Assembly: GCA_965248435.1 (NCBI GenBank)
Contig: OZ252100.1
Coordinates: forward strand, 4,352,001-4,416,000
Direction of reading: 5' to 3'
Length of the DNA: 64,000 nt
From: Candidatus Latescibacterota bacterium
Lineage (GTDB): Bacteria > Latescibacterota > UBA2968 > GCA-2709665
Shown here: positions 30,822-44,093 of the stretch, piece after piece
Layout: each line of letters begins with the position of its first letter
How positions within the stretch are numbered: position 1 is the stretch's first letter
The notes under the pieces: generated by a model
What the model was told of the DNA's origin: nothing
What the model saw: only the letters and a program-made list of their open reading frames with translations
Database searches by the model: none
Made by a program: the position numbers and the translations under genes

Positions 30822-31217
30822 TTGGGAGCTGCCGAGTTTATAAGACAGATCGGGCTAGTCTGCGTCGTGGTCCTCGCCCTCGGGACCTATCCGATCTACG
30901 CCTACTCAGGCGTTGCTTCCCTGCTGGGGTTTGTGGCGGGATGCGGGATCGGCGCCCTGAACGTCCTGGTGGGCTGCCTGTCTGCGGTCTGGGCGTTCGA
31001 GAAGCCTCACGGGGTGTTCTTGAGGACTATCCTCGGAGGGATGTTGATTCGGCTGATCGGCGTCGGCCTGGCCTTTTTGCTCATGATCAAGTATACACAC
31101 GTGGACGTCCTGGCTCTGACCCTGTCGCTGATCTCGTTTTTCGTCGGGTTTCAGATCCTTGAGATTCGGTTTCTGATGAGACGGTTTCCCGCCCAGGTCT
31201 CGAAGGAAGGGATTTGA
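30822..31217 (+). CDS. atpI: ATP synthase subunit I-like membrane protein
   Basis: Four TM helices, GMLIRL, position before atpB. Confidence 0.7.
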   Translation: MGAAEFIRQIGLVCVVVLALGTYPIYAYSGVASLLGFVAGCGIGALNVLVGCLSAVWAFEKPHGVFLRTILGGMLIRLIGVGLAFLLMIKYTHVDVLALTLSLISFFVGFQILEIRFLMRRFPAQVSKEGI

Positions 31218-31220
31218 GAT

Positions 31221-32042
31221 ATGGCTGAGGGCAGCGCACAGAAAGCGGGACAACAGGCGTCCGAGGAGGGAGGGGACTTCCTGATGGATCATATCCTCGA
31301 CTCCTCGGAACTCCATCTCCCCTGGGGACACCTGCACCTGCCTCACCTCGAACTGTTCGGTATCGACCTGTCGATCACTCGAGCCGTCGTGATGATGTGG
31401 GTCGCGTCACTATTCCTGCTGGTTGTCCTCACGATTTCGGTTCGGCGTCGGGGGCTGGTGCCGTCGGGGTTTTCGAACGTGGTCGAGGCCCTGGTCGTCT
31501 ATATCAGGGACGAGATCGCGGTCCCTAACATCGGCGTGAAGGAGGCTGGGCGGTTCCTCTCCTTCCTACTTACTGTTTTTTTCTTTATCATCACCTGCAA
31601 CCTGCTGGGACTGATCCCGTACGGGGCTACGGCCACGGGGAATATCAACGTGACCGCGGCGCTCGCCATCTGTTCGTTCATCGTCATTCAGGTTGGCGGC
31701 ATTGTGCACAACGGATTTTTCGCCTATTTCAGGGGGCTCATCCCGCACGGTTTACCCTTCTGGCTGCTCCCGATCATGATTCCCATTGAGATCGTGAGCC
31801 TGTTCGCAAAACCGTTTGCCCTGTGCATCCGTCTCTTCGCAAACATGACAGCGGGCCACATCGTGATTCTCTCTATGCTGGGGCTGATCTTCACCTTCAA
31901 GACCCTCGCTGTGGCACCGGCTTCCGTCCTATTCGCGGTGGCGGTGAATATGCTGGAAATCTTCGTGGCACTTATTCAAGCTTACATCTTCACGCTTCTT
32001 TCAGCGGTGTTTATCGGGATGGCAGTTCATCAGGAGCACTAA
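31221..32042 (+). CDS. atpB: F0F1 ATP synthase subunit a
   Basis: KPFALCIRLFANMTAGH, LIQAYIF. Confidence 0.97.
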   Translation: MAEGSAQKAGQQASEEGGDFLMDHILDSSELHLPWGHLHLPHLELFGIDLSITRAVVMMWVASLFLLVVLTISVRRRGLVPSGFSNVVEALVVYIRDEIAVPNIGVKEAGRFLSFLLTVFFFIITCNLLGLIPYGATATGNINVTAALAICSFIVIQVGGIVHNGFFAYFRGLIPHGLPFWLLPIMIPIEIVSLFAKPFALCIRLFANMTAGHIVILSMLGLIFTFKTLAVAPASVLFAVAVNMLEIFVALIQAYIFTLLSAVFIGMAVHQEH

Positions 32043-32096
32043 GTAGAAACTCATCGTATCCGTTTTCATACTCGGGTCCAAAAAAGGAGGAGTATT

Positions 32097-32345
32097 GTGG
32101 CAGCTGAAGCGACAACCTTGGCAGCAGAAGCTTATGGGTACTTGGCGGCGGGTATAGGTGCCGGACTCGTAACGATTGGTGCCGGATTGGGGATCGGCCG
32201 CCTGGCCGGGCAGGCGTTGGAAGGCACAGCCCGCCAGCCGGAAGCGACGGGCGATATTCGGGCGTCTATGATCATCGCTGCGGCGCTCATCGAAGGTATC
32301 GCGCTGTTCGGGCAGGTGATCTGCATCGTTCTGGCGACCAAGTAG
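32097..32345 (+). CDS. atpE: F0F1 ATP synthase subunit c (H+-type)
   Basis: GAGLGIG, ARQPE, LIEG; lacks the Q and ES/ET Na+ ligands. Confidence 0.96.
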   Translation: MAAEATTLAAEAYGYLAAGIGAGLVTIGAGLGIGRLAGQALEGTARQPEATGDIRASMIIAAALIEGIALFGQVICIVLATK

Positions 32346-32414
32346 GCTTCTCATCTTTCGACCTGTCGGGCACTGTCGAGTCCGCCCTGAGTTCCAACGG
32401 GAAGGTAGGGGTTT

Positions 32415-32912
32415 ATGCTATTAGAGATCGAACCCGGCTTGATGATCTGGACTATCGTGACCTTCGTTGTCCTGCTCGTCGTTCTGAGGGCAGTGGCCTG
32501 GAAGCCGCTGCTGGCGATGCTTGCCGAGCGCGAGCAACGGATTCAAGAGTCGTTGGACCAAGCCGAAAGGGCCAAAGCGGACGCTCAGGCAGCGGTGGAG
32601 GAGAATCGGCAGGGGATGGCCAAAGCCCGGGTGGATGCCCAGGAGACCGTGGCAAGGGGACGGGAAGCGGCTGAGCGGTTGGCGCAGGACGTGCGGCAGC
32701 GGGCGGAGGTCCAGGCGGAACAGATGATCGAGCAGGCCAGCAGGACGATTCAACAAGAGAAAGATCGGGCCATCTCTGAGCTTCGGAGACAGGTGGCCGA
32801 CCTGGCGATTCAGGCTGCCGGGAAGGTGCTGGATGAGAACCTGGACGATGCCAGAAACCGGAAGCTGGTTGACGAATACATCGATCGAATTCCGGATTCG
32901 AACTCGAACTGA
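32415..32912 (+). CDS. atpF: F0F1 ATP synthase subunit b
   Basis: N-terminal TM helix, AWKP..L..RE..I, coiled coil. Confidence 0.95.
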   Translation: MLLEIEPGLMIWTIVTFVVLLVVLRAVAWKPLLAMLAEREQRIQESLDQAERAKADAQAAVEENRQGMAKARVDAQETVARGREAAERLAQDVRQRAEVQAEQMIEQASRTIQQEKDRAISELRRQVADLAIQAAGKVLDENLDDARNRKLVDEYIDRIPDSNSN

Positions 32913-32926
32913 GCGCGGGGGGCATT

Positions 32927-33466
32927 TTGCAGGAAACCGGCGTTGCTGCCAGATACTCGCGGGCTCTGATGGGAGCCGCTGAAGAGCAGGGTGTGCTGGA
33001 GGCGGTCGAGGAGGACGTTCAGGGTCTCATCGGACTTCTGCGCGATTCTGAAGACCTGTGTGGGTTTCTTGCCGATCTTCTGATCCATCCACAGCGCAAA
33101 GAGGAGGCACTGCGCTCCTTACTCACCGGAAAGCTTCAAGGCCTGACGCTCAACTTCCTTTCCGTGCTATGCGAGAAGGGCCGCGGGCGCGTGCTCGAGA
33201 ACATCCTGCAACAGTTCGTGGAAGAGATGGATGAGCGCCGGGGGGTCGTAACTGCGCAGGTACGCTCGGCCGTGGCACTTTCGTCTGAACAGCAGGGGCG
33301 CCTGGCTGAACGGCTGACGGCATACATCGGTAAGGAAGTGAACGTTGAGATCACGGTAGACGAAGCCATCAAGGCAGGCTTCGTTGCCCGATTGGATGAC
33401 AAAGTATTCGATGGAACGCTTGAAACACAACTCAGTCAACTGCATCGACTGCTGAGTGTGAGGTGA
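32927..33466 (+). CDS. atpH: F0F1 ATP synthase subunit delta
   Basis: AARYSRAL, VDEAIKAGFVARLDDKVFDGT. Confidence 0.94.
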   Translation: MQETGVAARYSRALMGAAEEQGVLEAVEEDVQGLIGLLRDSEDLCGFLADLLIHPQRKEEALRSLLTGKLQGLTLNFLSVLCEKGRGRVLENILQQFVEEMDERRGVVTAQVRSAVALSSEQQGRLAERLTAYIGKEVNVEITVDEAIKAGFVARLDDKVFDGTLETQLSQLHRLLSVR

Positions 33467-33487
33467 GCTGACCGTAACGGAGAAGAT

Positions 33488-35008
33488 ATGGCAATCAATT
33501 TACAGATTCGACCGGACGAAATTTCCGACATCCTGAAGCGGCAGATTCTCGAGGCCGATCGGGAGATGGACATCTACGAAATGGGGACGGTGCTGCAGGT
33601 GGGTGACGGGGTCGCCCGCGTACATGGGCTGGCGAACGTGCAGGCGAGCGAGCTTGTGGCATTTCCGAACGACATTATGGGGATGGCTTTGAACCTCGAA
33701 GCGGACAATGTCGGGTGCGTTCTGTTCGGAGACGACACTTTCATCAAGGAGGGTGACGTCGTCAAGCGGACCGGACGCATCGTGGAAGTACCGGTAGGGG
33801 AGGCGTTGTTGGGTAGGGTGGTGAATCCGCTCGGGCAGCCTCTTGACGGGAAGGGAGCGATCGACACGAATCAGACTCTGCCCGTGGAACGCATCGCCCC
33901 GGGCGTAATCGCACGTCAACCCGTGACCGAGGCCCTGCAGACCGGGCTCAAGGTCGTGGATTCTACGACGCCGATTGGACGGGGACAGCGCGAACTGATC
34001 ATTGGCGACCGACAGACGGGAAAAACCGCCATCGGGCTGGACACGATTATCAATCAGAAAGATTCCGGAATCAAGTGCATCTATGTGGCCATCGGTCAGA
34101 AGGCGTCTTCTGTCGCCAAGGTGGTTGCGGAACTTGAAGCCAACGGGGCGATGGATTACACGATCGTGGTTTCGGCAACTGCCAGCGATCCGGCGCCGCT
34201 CCAGTTCCTGGCCCCCTATGCGGGTTGCTCGATGGGCGAGTACTTTCGTGACAAGGGCGAACACGCGCTGATCATTTATGATGATCTGTCCAAGCAGGCG
34301 TGGGCCTACCGGGAGATGTCGCTCGTTCTGCGACGGCCCCCTGGACGTGAGGCCTACCCCGGAGATGTGTTCTATCTCCATTCCCGGCTCCTGGAGCGGG
34401 CCTGCAAGCTGAGCGATGAAGAGGGCAGCGGTTCACTGACGGCATTGCCCGTGATCGAAATCCTCGAGGGGGATGTCTCCACTTTCGTTCCGACCAATGT
34501 AATTTCGATTACAGACGGACAGATCTTGCTGAAACCCGAACTGTTCTACTCGGGCATCCGGCCGGCGATGGACGTCGGGGCCTCAGTTTCGAGGGTGAGT
34601 GCCGCCAAGACGAAGGCGATGCGGGCTGTGTCCAATACCCTGAAGGGGGATATGTCACGCTACAACGAGGTGCGGGCATTTGCACAGTTCGGGGCCTCCG
34701 ACCTGGATGCGGCCACGCGGAACCTGCTGAGCCGCGGTGAAAAGCTCACAGAGATTCTGAAGCAGGGCCAGTTCGGCCCCATGTCCTTGGGCGAGCAGGT
34801 GGTGTCCCTGTCCGTGGGCGTATCGGCTGACGAATTGCCGACGGCGGATATTCAGCGCTTCGAACAGGATGTGTTGGGTTATATGCGCGATCACCATCAG
34901 GATGTGCTGGATGACATCACAAAGTCCGAGGAGTTGAGCGACGAGGCGAAGGCCAGAATCGACGAGGTGATCGAGAAGGTGAAGGGCGATTTCAATCCCT
35001 CAGGCTGA
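33488..35008 (+). CDS. atpA: F0F1 ATP synthase subunit alpha
   Basis: [43 protein letters not shown]. Confidence 0.98.
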   Translation: MAINLQIRPDEISDILKRQILEADREMDIYEMGTVLQVGDGVARVHGLANVQASELVAFPNDIMGMALNLEADNVGCVLFGDDTFIKEGDVVKRTGRIVEVPVGEALLGRVVNPLGQPLDGKGAIDTNQTLPVERIAPGVIARQPVTEALQTGLKVVDSTTPIGRGQRELIIGDRQTGKTAIGLDTIINQKDSGIKCIYVAIGQKASSVAKVVAELEANGAMDYTIVVSATASDPAPLQFLAPYAGCSMGEYFRDKGEHALIIYDDLSKQAWAYREMSLVLRRPPGREAYPGDVFYLHSRLLERACKLSDEEGSGSLTALPVIEILEGDVSTFVPTNVISITDGQILLKPELFYSGIRPAMDVGASVSRVSAAKTKAMRAVSNTLKGDMSRYNEVRAFAQFGASDLDAATRNLLSRGEKLTEILKQGQFGPMSLGEQVVSLSVGVSADELPTADIQRFEQDVLGYMRDHHQDVLDDITKSEELSDEAKARIDEVIEKVKGDFNPSG

Positions 35009-35064
35009 GGAATGGCGGCAGGCAGGGCGGTATCGGTGAACGGCAGTGACAATCGGGAGTCGAA

Positions 35065-37327
<2,263 letters not shown>

Positions 37328-37353
37328 GGATCTGGATAAGGATAGATAAAGAA

Positions 37354-37773
37354 ATGCCGACGTTTCATTTCGAAATCGTGACACCGGTGAAGATGGTTTA
37401 TTCCGGGCCGGTGGAGAGCATTCGGGCACTTGGGGCGGATGGGGGCTTCGGGGTGCTGGCACGGCACCTCCCAATGGTGGCTTCCCTGGACGTCGGGCCT
37501 CTCGTTATCCGGGAAGAGAGCGGAAAGAGTCTGACGATGGCGACGTCGGGCGGTTTTGCGGAGGTTCTGAGGGACCGCGTGACGATTTTGGCAGAGACAG
37601 CGGAGCGGGAGGAAGAGATCGATGTATCGCGTGCTGAGGCGGCTAGAGAGCGGGCACGCGAACGTCTGGTAAAACGCCACGACCCCGAGATCGACAGCCA
37701 ACGAGCAGAGGTTGCCCTGATTCGGGCCCTGAACCGCTTGCGCATTGCCGGTTCGACGAGTGGCGGGGGCTAG
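37354..37773 (+). CDS. atpC: F0F1 ATP synthase subunit epsilon
   Basis: EIVTP, GVLARH, SGGFAEV, C-terminal helical hairpin. Confidence 0.96.
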   Translation: MPTFHFEIVTPVKMVYSGPVESIRALGADGGFGVLARHLPMVASLDVGPLVIREESGKSLTMATSGGFAEVLRDRVTILAETAEREEEIDVSRAEAARERARERLVKRHDPEIDSQRAEVALIRALNRLRIAGSTSGGG

Positions 37774-37802
37774 GGAAAGCAGCAGAAAGCAAGGAAAAGC
37801 AG

Positions 37803-37838
37803 AAAACAGGCGAGATCAATTTCTCGCCTGTTTTTTTT
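37803..37838 (+). terminator. Intrinsic terminator of the atp operon
   Basis: aaaacaggcgaga-tcaatt-tctcgcctgtttt, continuing into T8. Confidence 0.9.
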
Positions 37839-37865
37839 GCCGCGCTATAAAGAGAAGCTATCATT

Positions 37866-37948
37866 GACCGCAGACAACAGACCGCGGACCGCCAAACCGG
37901 GATGATCACGTTATTCGTCTCGCGGTCTGCGGTCCGCCGTCGGCCGTC
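37866..37948. repeat. Inverted 7-mer array (gaccgca-type), homologue of 7884-7961
   Basis: gaccgca-gacaaca-gaccgcg-gaccgcc ... cgcggtc-tgcggtc-cgccgtc-ggccgtc; shares tattcRtctcgcggtc with the frd copy. Confidence 0.85.
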
Positions 37949-37954
37949 TGCTTT

Positions 37955-39709
37955 TCAGTACGTCCTGAACTGATTCGTTATGGGCAGTCTCCGGTCACGA
38001 CCGAATGCGCGGGGGGTAATCTTTATGCCTGGCGGAGATTGGCGCCTTTTATACTCGTTTGAGTCCACGGTGCGGATCACGCGTCGCACCAGCTTCTCCT
38101 CGAAACCCATGGAAATGATCTCATCGAGGCTGCAATCCTGCTCGACATAGGCTTTGAGTATGGGATCGAGGATGGGATAGGGAGGTAGGCTGTCGGTGTC
38201 CAGTTGATCCTCACGAAGTTCAGCTGTCGGGGGACGCTGAATGATGGATGTGGGGATCACCGGGCCATCCGGACGGCCATTTCGGTAATGGGCGAGATCA
38301 TAGACAAGCGTTTTGTAGATGTCTTTAATCACGGCGAACCCACCGGCCATGTCTCCATACAGGGTGGCGTAGCCCATGCTCAGTTCACTCTTATTTCCGG
38401 TCGTGAGAACCAGCCATCCAAACTTGTTGGAGAGCGCCATCAGCAGGTTTCCTCGAATGCGAGGCTGAATGTTCTCTTCTGTGATATCCGTCGGCTGATC
38501 TTTGAACTCACCACACAGCGTGTTTGAATATGCCTCGAAGATATCCTGAATCGGAAGCGTAATGAGTTGCATCCTGAGACTCTGGGCCATCTGAACGGCG
38601 TCGTTTCGCGTCCCCTCCGAAGAGTAGCGCGAAGGCATGGTCGTACAGATTACGTTGTCAGAGCCCAACGCGTCCCGCGCTACAATCGTGACGAAGGCGG
38701 AATCGAGGCCTCCAGACAAACCTACGAGGACCTTCTCAAACCCGTTTTTGCTCACGTAGTCCGCGGTGCCCAGGACGAGGGCGTCGTAGATATCCTCGAG
38801 CCGGTCCTCTTTGCGGAGTGTTGGGGCGGGAGAGGATTCTATTTCCTGCTTGGGGAGTGTGGGTGGAGCAGGATGGAGTTTGAGGGACGGCAGATCGACG
38901 CGCTGAACCTCTTGTCCCGTTGTCTGTTTGTCTTTCCTTCGCCGAGGGTCGTGTAGCCGGTAGCGGAAGACAGATTCCACGTTGATATCCGCCAGGAGGA
39001 GATCCTCCTGAAACCGAGGTGCCCGTGCCAGGACACTTCCCTGCTGGTCGACTACGAAGCTTGCGCCATCGAACAGGAGTTCATCCTGCCCTCCGACAAG
39101 ATTACAGAATGCGAAAACCGCACTGTAATCCGTGGCTCTCGTGGCAATCATCTGCTCACGAAGGAGTCCTTTCCCATCGTGGTAGGGCGAGGATGAGATG
39201 TTTACGATCAGCTCCGCGTCTCCAAACAGGGTTTGAAAGTGTGCGGGACCGCCAGGATACCAGATGTCTTCGCAGATGTTTACACCGAAGGCGACGCCGT
39301 TCGTATTGTAGACTTTCGGCACCCGACCGGCCTGGAAGTAGCGGTTCTCGTCGAAGACACCGTAGTTGGGGAGATAGGTTTTGTGGTAGATATCGACAAG
39401 CTTTCCGTTGCAGGCGATCGCGGCCGCATTGTAGATGTCGTCTTGTCGGTCGATGAATCCGATGACTACAGCGATGTCCTGAGTCTCTCTGACGATTAGA
39501 TCAAGAGACCGCAGGTTAGACTCGATGAACTTAGATTTGAAGAGGAGGTCTTCCGGAGGATATCCCGTGATGGCCAACTCGGGAAAGGCGACGAGTGTCG
39601 CACCGAGGTCTCTGGACTTGCGGATTCTGTCCAGGATCTTTTCCCGATTTCCGTCCAGGTCACCAACGGTGAGGTTGACTTGGGCAAGGGCGATTCGAAG
39701 GGTGCGCAT
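37955..39709 (-). CDS. nadE: Glutamine-dependent NAD+ synthetase
   Basis: Nitrilase domain (FPEL, K, ICEDIW) plus GLSGGLDS, TGNKSE, GYATLYGD, EYKRRQ. Confidence 0.96.
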   Translation of the reverse strand: MRTLRIALAQVNLTVGDLDGNREKILDRIRKSRDLGATLVAFPELAITGYPPEDLLFKSKFIESNLRSLDLIVRETQDIAVVIGFIDRQDDIYNAAAIACNGKLVDIYHKTYLPNYGVFDENRYFQAGRVPKVYNTNGVAFGVNICEDIWYPGGPAHFQTLFGDAELIVNISSSPYHDGKGLLREQMIATRATDYSAVFAFCNLVGGQDELLFDGASFVVDQQGSVLARAPRFQEDLLLADINVESVFRYRLHDPRRRKDKQTTGQEVQRVDLPSLKLHPAPPTLPKQEIESSPAPTLRKEDRLEDIYDALVLGTADYVSKNGFEKVLVGLSGGLDSAFVTIVARDALGSDNVICTTMPSRYSSEGTRNDAVQMAQSLRMQLITLPIQDIFEAYSNTLCGEFKDQPTDITEENIQPRIRGNLLMALSNKFGWLVLTTGNKSELSMGYATLYGDMAGGFAVIKDIYKTLVYDLAHYRNGRPDGPVIPTSIIQRPPTAELREDQLDTDSLPPYPILDPILKAYVEQDCSLDEIISMGFEEKLVRRVIRTVDSNEYKRRQSPPGIKITPRAFGRDRRLPITNQFRTY

Positions 39710-39750
39710 AGTCTGAGCTGGGTAGGATGTTCAGGATGACGTCGCCGTGT

Positions 39751-41568
39751 TCAGAAATTGTACCAGTGATGCCGGTTGTCAACGATCTCAGCCTGTTCCC
39801 TGAGATCTGTGAACCACGCGGAAAAAATTTCGTTCCTTTGCTGGGTCATCAGACGTCTGGCAAGTTCTAATCTTTCTGCCTCGAATTCAGAATCATCCAC
39901 AGGAGTCCGCTCCAGCAATTGCATGATGTAAGCGCCCCTTGACGTGGTGATGAGGCTGCTGACCTCCCCCTTCTGAAGATTGAAGGCGGCTCCTACGAAG
40001 GCGTTCCGTCTGCCTATATCGGGCACGAAGTCGTTTCTGGAGAAGGTCTGCGTCTCAACGTAGATCAACCCGTGCTCGTCGGCGACTTCCTTCAAAGACT
40101 TTCCCTGTTTGACATCCTGCAGGGAGGCTGACAGCTTCTGCCCGGCAAGTTCGACCTTCTTTTCCGTCTGGAGTTTTCCGTAGATCGGGCTCGAGACTTC
40201 CTCCTGCGGGCGCGGACCCGCGTCCCTTTTTGTCTCGAGCGCGAAGACGTAGATTCCTTCCTCAGTTTCGTAGACCGGAGAAATCTCTCCGGATGCCGCC
40301 TCCAGGAATGCATTAACGAGTGCGGAGCCGCGGCCTTCGAGAAGGGGAAAGGGCATTCCCGAGGAGATAAATCCTGTGGATGCGGCCGTGAAGCCGTACT
40401 CCCGGGAAGCGGCCTCGAATCCGGAAACCTGAGCGCGGTCTCTAAACTCTTCTGCTGCAAGGCGCAAGCTATCCAGGGTGTTCCGACCGGGTCGGAGGCG
40501 CAGGAGGATGTGACGTGCTCGCACCTCCGCGCTGTCTGGAACACCACGTTTTTCCTCGACCTTCAGAATATGCCAGCCGAATCGGGTGAGGAACGGATCC
40601 GAAACTGATCCAGGCTGGAGTGAAAATGCCGTGTCTTCGAAGGCCCCGACCATCTGGCCCCGCCTGAAGAACCCGAGGTCCCCTCCATTTTGAGCGCTCC
40701 CGGGATCATCTGAATGGTTTCGAGCGTGCTGTTCGAATTCACTCCCTTCACGGATCTCGTTCAAAATGCGCTCGAGTTCCAATCTGATCTCCAGCGTGTC
40801 TTCCTTCGTCGGCATTTTGGGGACCGTGACGTAGGATGCCAATACGGCGGCGTCCTGAAAGAATTCGTCCGCATTCGCTGCATAATATTTCTGAATCTCA
40901 TCGTCGGAGGGCGAGGCCTGAGCATCTGGGATGTTGCGGGCATCCACACCCACGTAGGCGATCCTGACCTTTTCGTGTTTGTCCCGAAAGGCCTGCCGGA
41001 CCTGGGCACCTGTAATTCGGACCGAGGATGCGACGCGCTCCTGAAGTCTGCGCGTCCGGAGGGATTGGCGTGCAGCGCTTTCGGCGCCCAACACAAATTG
41101 CTTTCTCTGTGGATCGCTGTATGTACCCGGATCGTTAAGGAACTCGGTATATTTTTCGGGATCGAATTCGCCGTCCGTCTGGAAGACTTCCAGATTCCTG
41201 ACCCACTCCACCGGTTGTACGCGATTGAAATAGTCGACTTCCCGGTCTGAAACTGAAATGTTGAGCTCATCCATCTGCTGGTTCAGGAGGATCTGCGTGA
41301 CGAGCTGGTTCCAGGTTTGACGAATCAGCTGCCCTTCGTCTACGCCGCCGGCGTCTTTTGTCCTGAGGGAGGCCTCCCGCAGCATGTCCTGGAATTTCTT
41401 ATAGGTGATCTCCTCCCCGTTGATGATCCCGAGGGTGTTGCCGATTGGACCCGCAGAGCGTCCTGAGAAATCTGCGCCCCATTCAAATACAATCAGGCCT
41501 ATGAATGAGAAAGCGACGATCCACATCATGGTCTTGATAAAGCGAACGTTGCGAAATGTGTCAAGCAT
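39751..41568 (-). CDS. PpiD-like protein: SurA N-terminal domain plus parvulin peptidyl-prolyl isomerase (start 41568)
   Basis: N-terminal TM anchor; SDDPGSAQNGGDLGFF..GQMVGAFE, FGWHILK. Confidence 0.9.
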   Translation of the reverse strand: MLDTFRNVRFIKTMMWIVAFSFIGLIVFEWGADFSGRSAGPIGNTLGIINGEEITYKKFQDMLREASLRTKDAGGVDEGQLIRQTWNQLVTQILLNQQMDELNISVSDREVDYFNRVQPVEWVRNLEVFQTDGEFDPEKYTEFLNDPGTYSDPQRKQFVLGAESAARQSLRTRRLQERVASSVRITGAQVRQAFRDKHEKVRIAYVGVDARNIPDAQASPSDDEIQKYYAANADEFFQDAAVLASYVTVPKMPTKEDTLEIRLELERILNEIREGSEFEQHARNHSDDPGSAQNGGDLGFFRRGQMVGAFEDTAFSLQPGSVSDPFLTRFGWHILKVEEKRGVPDSAEVRARHILLRLRPGRNTLDSLRLAAEEFRDRAQVSGFEAASREYGFTAASTGFISSGMPFPLLEGRGSALVNAFLEAASGEISPVYETEEGIYVFALETKRDAGPRPQEEVSSPIYGKLQTEKKVELAGQKLSASLQDVKQGKSLKEVADEHGLIYVETQTFSRNDFVPDIGRRNAFVGAAFNLQKGEVSSLITTSRGAYIMQLLERTPVDDSEFEAERLELARRLMTQQRNEIFSAWFTDLREQAEIVDNRHHWYNF

Positions 41569-41681
41569 CCAGTCTGTCCAGAAAAAGGTTAATAAAGGGA
41601 ACAACTTACGGGATTCTGAATAGGATAAACTACACGAACCGGGTATCAGTGGCAAGACTTTTTTGGGTAAAATCGGGCGGC

Positions 41682-41710
41682 TTGACCGACTTTGGGAAAT
41701 TACCTATACT
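41682..41710 (+). promoter_or_regulatory. sigma70 promoter for the M23-rhomboid genes
   Basis: TTGACC-17-TATACT; a divergent TTGCCA-17-TAGTTT lies at 41655-41627 on the minus strand. Confidence 0.65.
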
Positions 41711-41760
41711 CAGAAAAATCAATATATTTCGATTTTTTTTCTCTGCTTTAAAGGGAAGCC

Positions 41761-44085
41761 TTGCGGATGTATCCTGGACGTCTGATTGAGCGCCAAAAGA
41801 GGTCCGCTCGGGTCGCCTTCATCTTCCTGTTTGGTGTTTTTCCCGAGGGGATGGAGGCCGCGGACTACCACTGGCCCACGACAGCAAAGCCTGCACTGAC
41901 TTCGTCATTCGGGGAGTATCGGAAGGGGGGGCGGCTACACGCAGGTATCGATCTCAAGACCTGGGGGCGTGTGGGCTATCCGGTGCTGGCCGTAGACGAC
42001 GGCTATGTCTGGAGGGTGCGCACCTCTCCTTGGGGGTATGGAAAGGCGGTCTATCTCAGACTTGGCGATGGGAGAACCGCCGTGTATGCCCACCTATCCG
42101 CGTTTGACCCGGGAATTCAATCCCTGGTGGAGGCGGATCAGGACCGAAGAGGGGCCTACAGCGTGAACCTCTTTCTGAAACCTGAGCAGATTCTCGCTCA
42201 TCGCGGTGACACACTGGGATATTCTGGAAGGACAGGCACGCTGTTCCCACACCTGCATTTTGAGCTCAGAGACGAGACGCAGCGTCCGCTGAACGCCCTC
42301 CTGCACGGATTCGATGTCAAAGATACCGTGCCTCCGGTGATCCTGTCGCTTGCGTTTGTCCCTCTGGATGCAGACGCGCGGGTATCGGACCAGTATGGAC
42401 CACACATATCGGGTGTGAGATGGGACGAGGCGCAAGGACGTTTTGTCTCTGCCGGTCCCATCCCGATCGAGGGCCGAGTGGGTGTCGCCGTGGATGTCTT
42501 TGACCGAGCCGATGATTCCGCGCTGACGAATCGTTTGGCGCCTTTTCGATTGCGACTTCTCGTGGACGGTCGGGAGGTATTCCGGACGACCTATGCGTCG
42601 TTTGGATTCGATCAGGTTTCGCAGGTAGACCTGGATAGAAATTTCGCCTTACAGCGGCGTGGCATCGGTCGGTTTCACAATCTTTTTCGGCCACACGGCA
42701 ACGAACTTCCGTTCTACGGAGACTTCAGTGTAGGCGAAGGCATTCTGCATGCGCGTGTACCGCCCTTGGGATCGGGGGTAGCCCTGGCGAAGGGCGTCCA
42801 CCGGCTTCAAATTGTAGCGGAGGACGTTGCAGGGAACCGGTCAGAGGCGGACGTGATGGTTGTGTCGGACCGGCGTCCGCTGGTTTTGGGTACGATTGCC
42901 GAACGTGTCGACGACTCCGTGCGCGTTTCTGGGACCGTATCGGACGAGGATGGCGACTCACTGGGCGCGATCTTTGAACTGTCAGACGATGAAGGCCTAA
43001 CGTGGCGCGTGCACGGCGAACAGCGAGTGTTTTCCGGAGAGGTGAGTGCCACGCTGCCCGACGGAATTGGGCTGCTTTATCGGCTGAGGGTTCGGGATCC
43101 TGAGGGCGTCGAGTCATTTCGGGTCTGCTCGGCGTTCGTTCCTCGGGTCGGTGCTGCTGATACTGGATTGCTGAAGTGTGTTCCCATCTTCTATTCGGAC
43201 CTGGCTGTGATTCAGATCGAATCAGAAAGATCCCTGGGGGCCGCGCCTCGCGTCTTTTCAGGGTCTCCCGGCCGGGGGAGGCGCGCGCTTGAAGTTCGAC
43301 AAACAGGGCTGCGAACCTACGAGACAATAGCGACGTTCGACCCTCGCGCCGACGGCCCGATGAATTTGGTCGTTTCTGCCGTTGACGTAAACGGCCTTGC
43401 GGGCCAGCAGGAGTTGACGCTGGCACAGCACCGCGTCGGGCCCGAGGGAGGCTCGGTTCGTTCTGAAGACGGAAATGCGGTGGCCAGGTTCGGAAAGAAG
43501 GGAGTTTATGAGACGCTCTTCGGCCGGGCTTACTCCGAAGAGGCGGCCGGCCCGGAGGATTTGCCGGTTGTCGGTTCGGCCTACCGATTCTCTCCGGCAG
43601 ACGTGCCATTTAGACTGCGCGCCAGGTTGGAACTCAGCTACCCGGCGGGGAGCCATCGGCCGGAAAAGTTGGGTGTCTATGAACAGGATGGCGATAGCAC
43701 GTGGACGTTCGTGGACAACCAGTTGGATCTCCGCAGAAATACGGTTTCTGCGGAAGTGCGACATTTTTCCACGTATGCACTCCTGTCGGATGAGGTTCCC
43801 CCCGACGTCTCCGAGTTGCGTCCCCTCCCGGGGTCTGAAACGACGGACCGTCGCCCCATCATAGGGGCATCTGTACGCGATCGGGGATCGGGCATCGGTC
43901 GGGAGGAGGATATCTCGGTCCGTCTGAACGATCGGATGATGATTTTCGAGTATGACCCCGAACAGGATGTGATTCGTGCGAAGCCGAGACGGCCACTCGA
44001 GCCCGGTGTCCACCGTTTGGAGATTTCGGTTCGAGATATGTGCGGCAACCAGCAGACGCAGAGCGGGGTATTTACAGTGCGGTAG
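41761..44085 (+). CDS. M23-family metallopeptidase with C-terminal beta-sandwich domains (start uncertain)
   Basis: HAGID, YAHLS, PHLHFELR. Confidence 0.88.
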   Translation: MRMYPGRLIERQKRSARVAFIFLFGVFPEGMEAADYHWPTTAKPALTSSFGEYRKGGRLHAGIDLKTWGRVGYPVLAVDDGYVWRVRTSPWGYGKAVYLRLGDGRTAVYAHLSAFDPGIQSLVEADQDRRGAYSVNLFLKPEQILAHRGDTLGYSGRTGTLFPHLHFELRDETQRPLNALLHGFDVKDTVPPVILSLAFVPLDADARVSDQYGPHISGVRWDEAQGRFVSAGPIPIEGRVGVAVDVFDRADDSALTNRLAPFRLRLLVDGREVFRTTYASFGFDQVSQVDLDRNFALQRRGIGRFHNLFRPHGNELPFYGDFSVGEGILHARVPPLGSGVALAKGVHRLQIVAEDVAGNRSEADVMVVSDRRPLVLGTIAERVDDSVRVSGTVSDEDGDSLGAIFELSDDEGLTWRVHGEQRVFSGEVSATLPDGIGLLYRLRVRDPEGVESFRVCSAFVPRVGAADTGLLKCVPIFYSDLAVIQIESERSLGAAPRVFSGSPGRGRRALEVRQTGLRTYETIATFDPRADGPMNLVVSAVDVNGLAGQQELTLAQHRVGPEGGSVRSEDGNAVARFGKKGVYETLFGRAYSEEAAGPEDLPVVGSAYRFSPADVPFRLRARLELSYPAGSHRPEKLGVYEQDGDSTWTFVDNQLDLRRNTVSAEVRHFSTYALLSDEVPPDVSELRPLPGSETTDRRPIIGASVRDRGSGIGREEDISVRLNDRMMIFEYDPEQDVIRAKPRRPLEPGVHRLEISVRDMCGNQQTQSGVFTVR

Positions 44086-44093
44086 GAGCTGGG

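Noticed and set aside
32097-32345. Na+-translocating ATP synthase, suggested by the nearby transporter
   Set aside because: The c subunit has GLGIG and IEG, lacking the Gln and Ser/Thr Na+ ligands.
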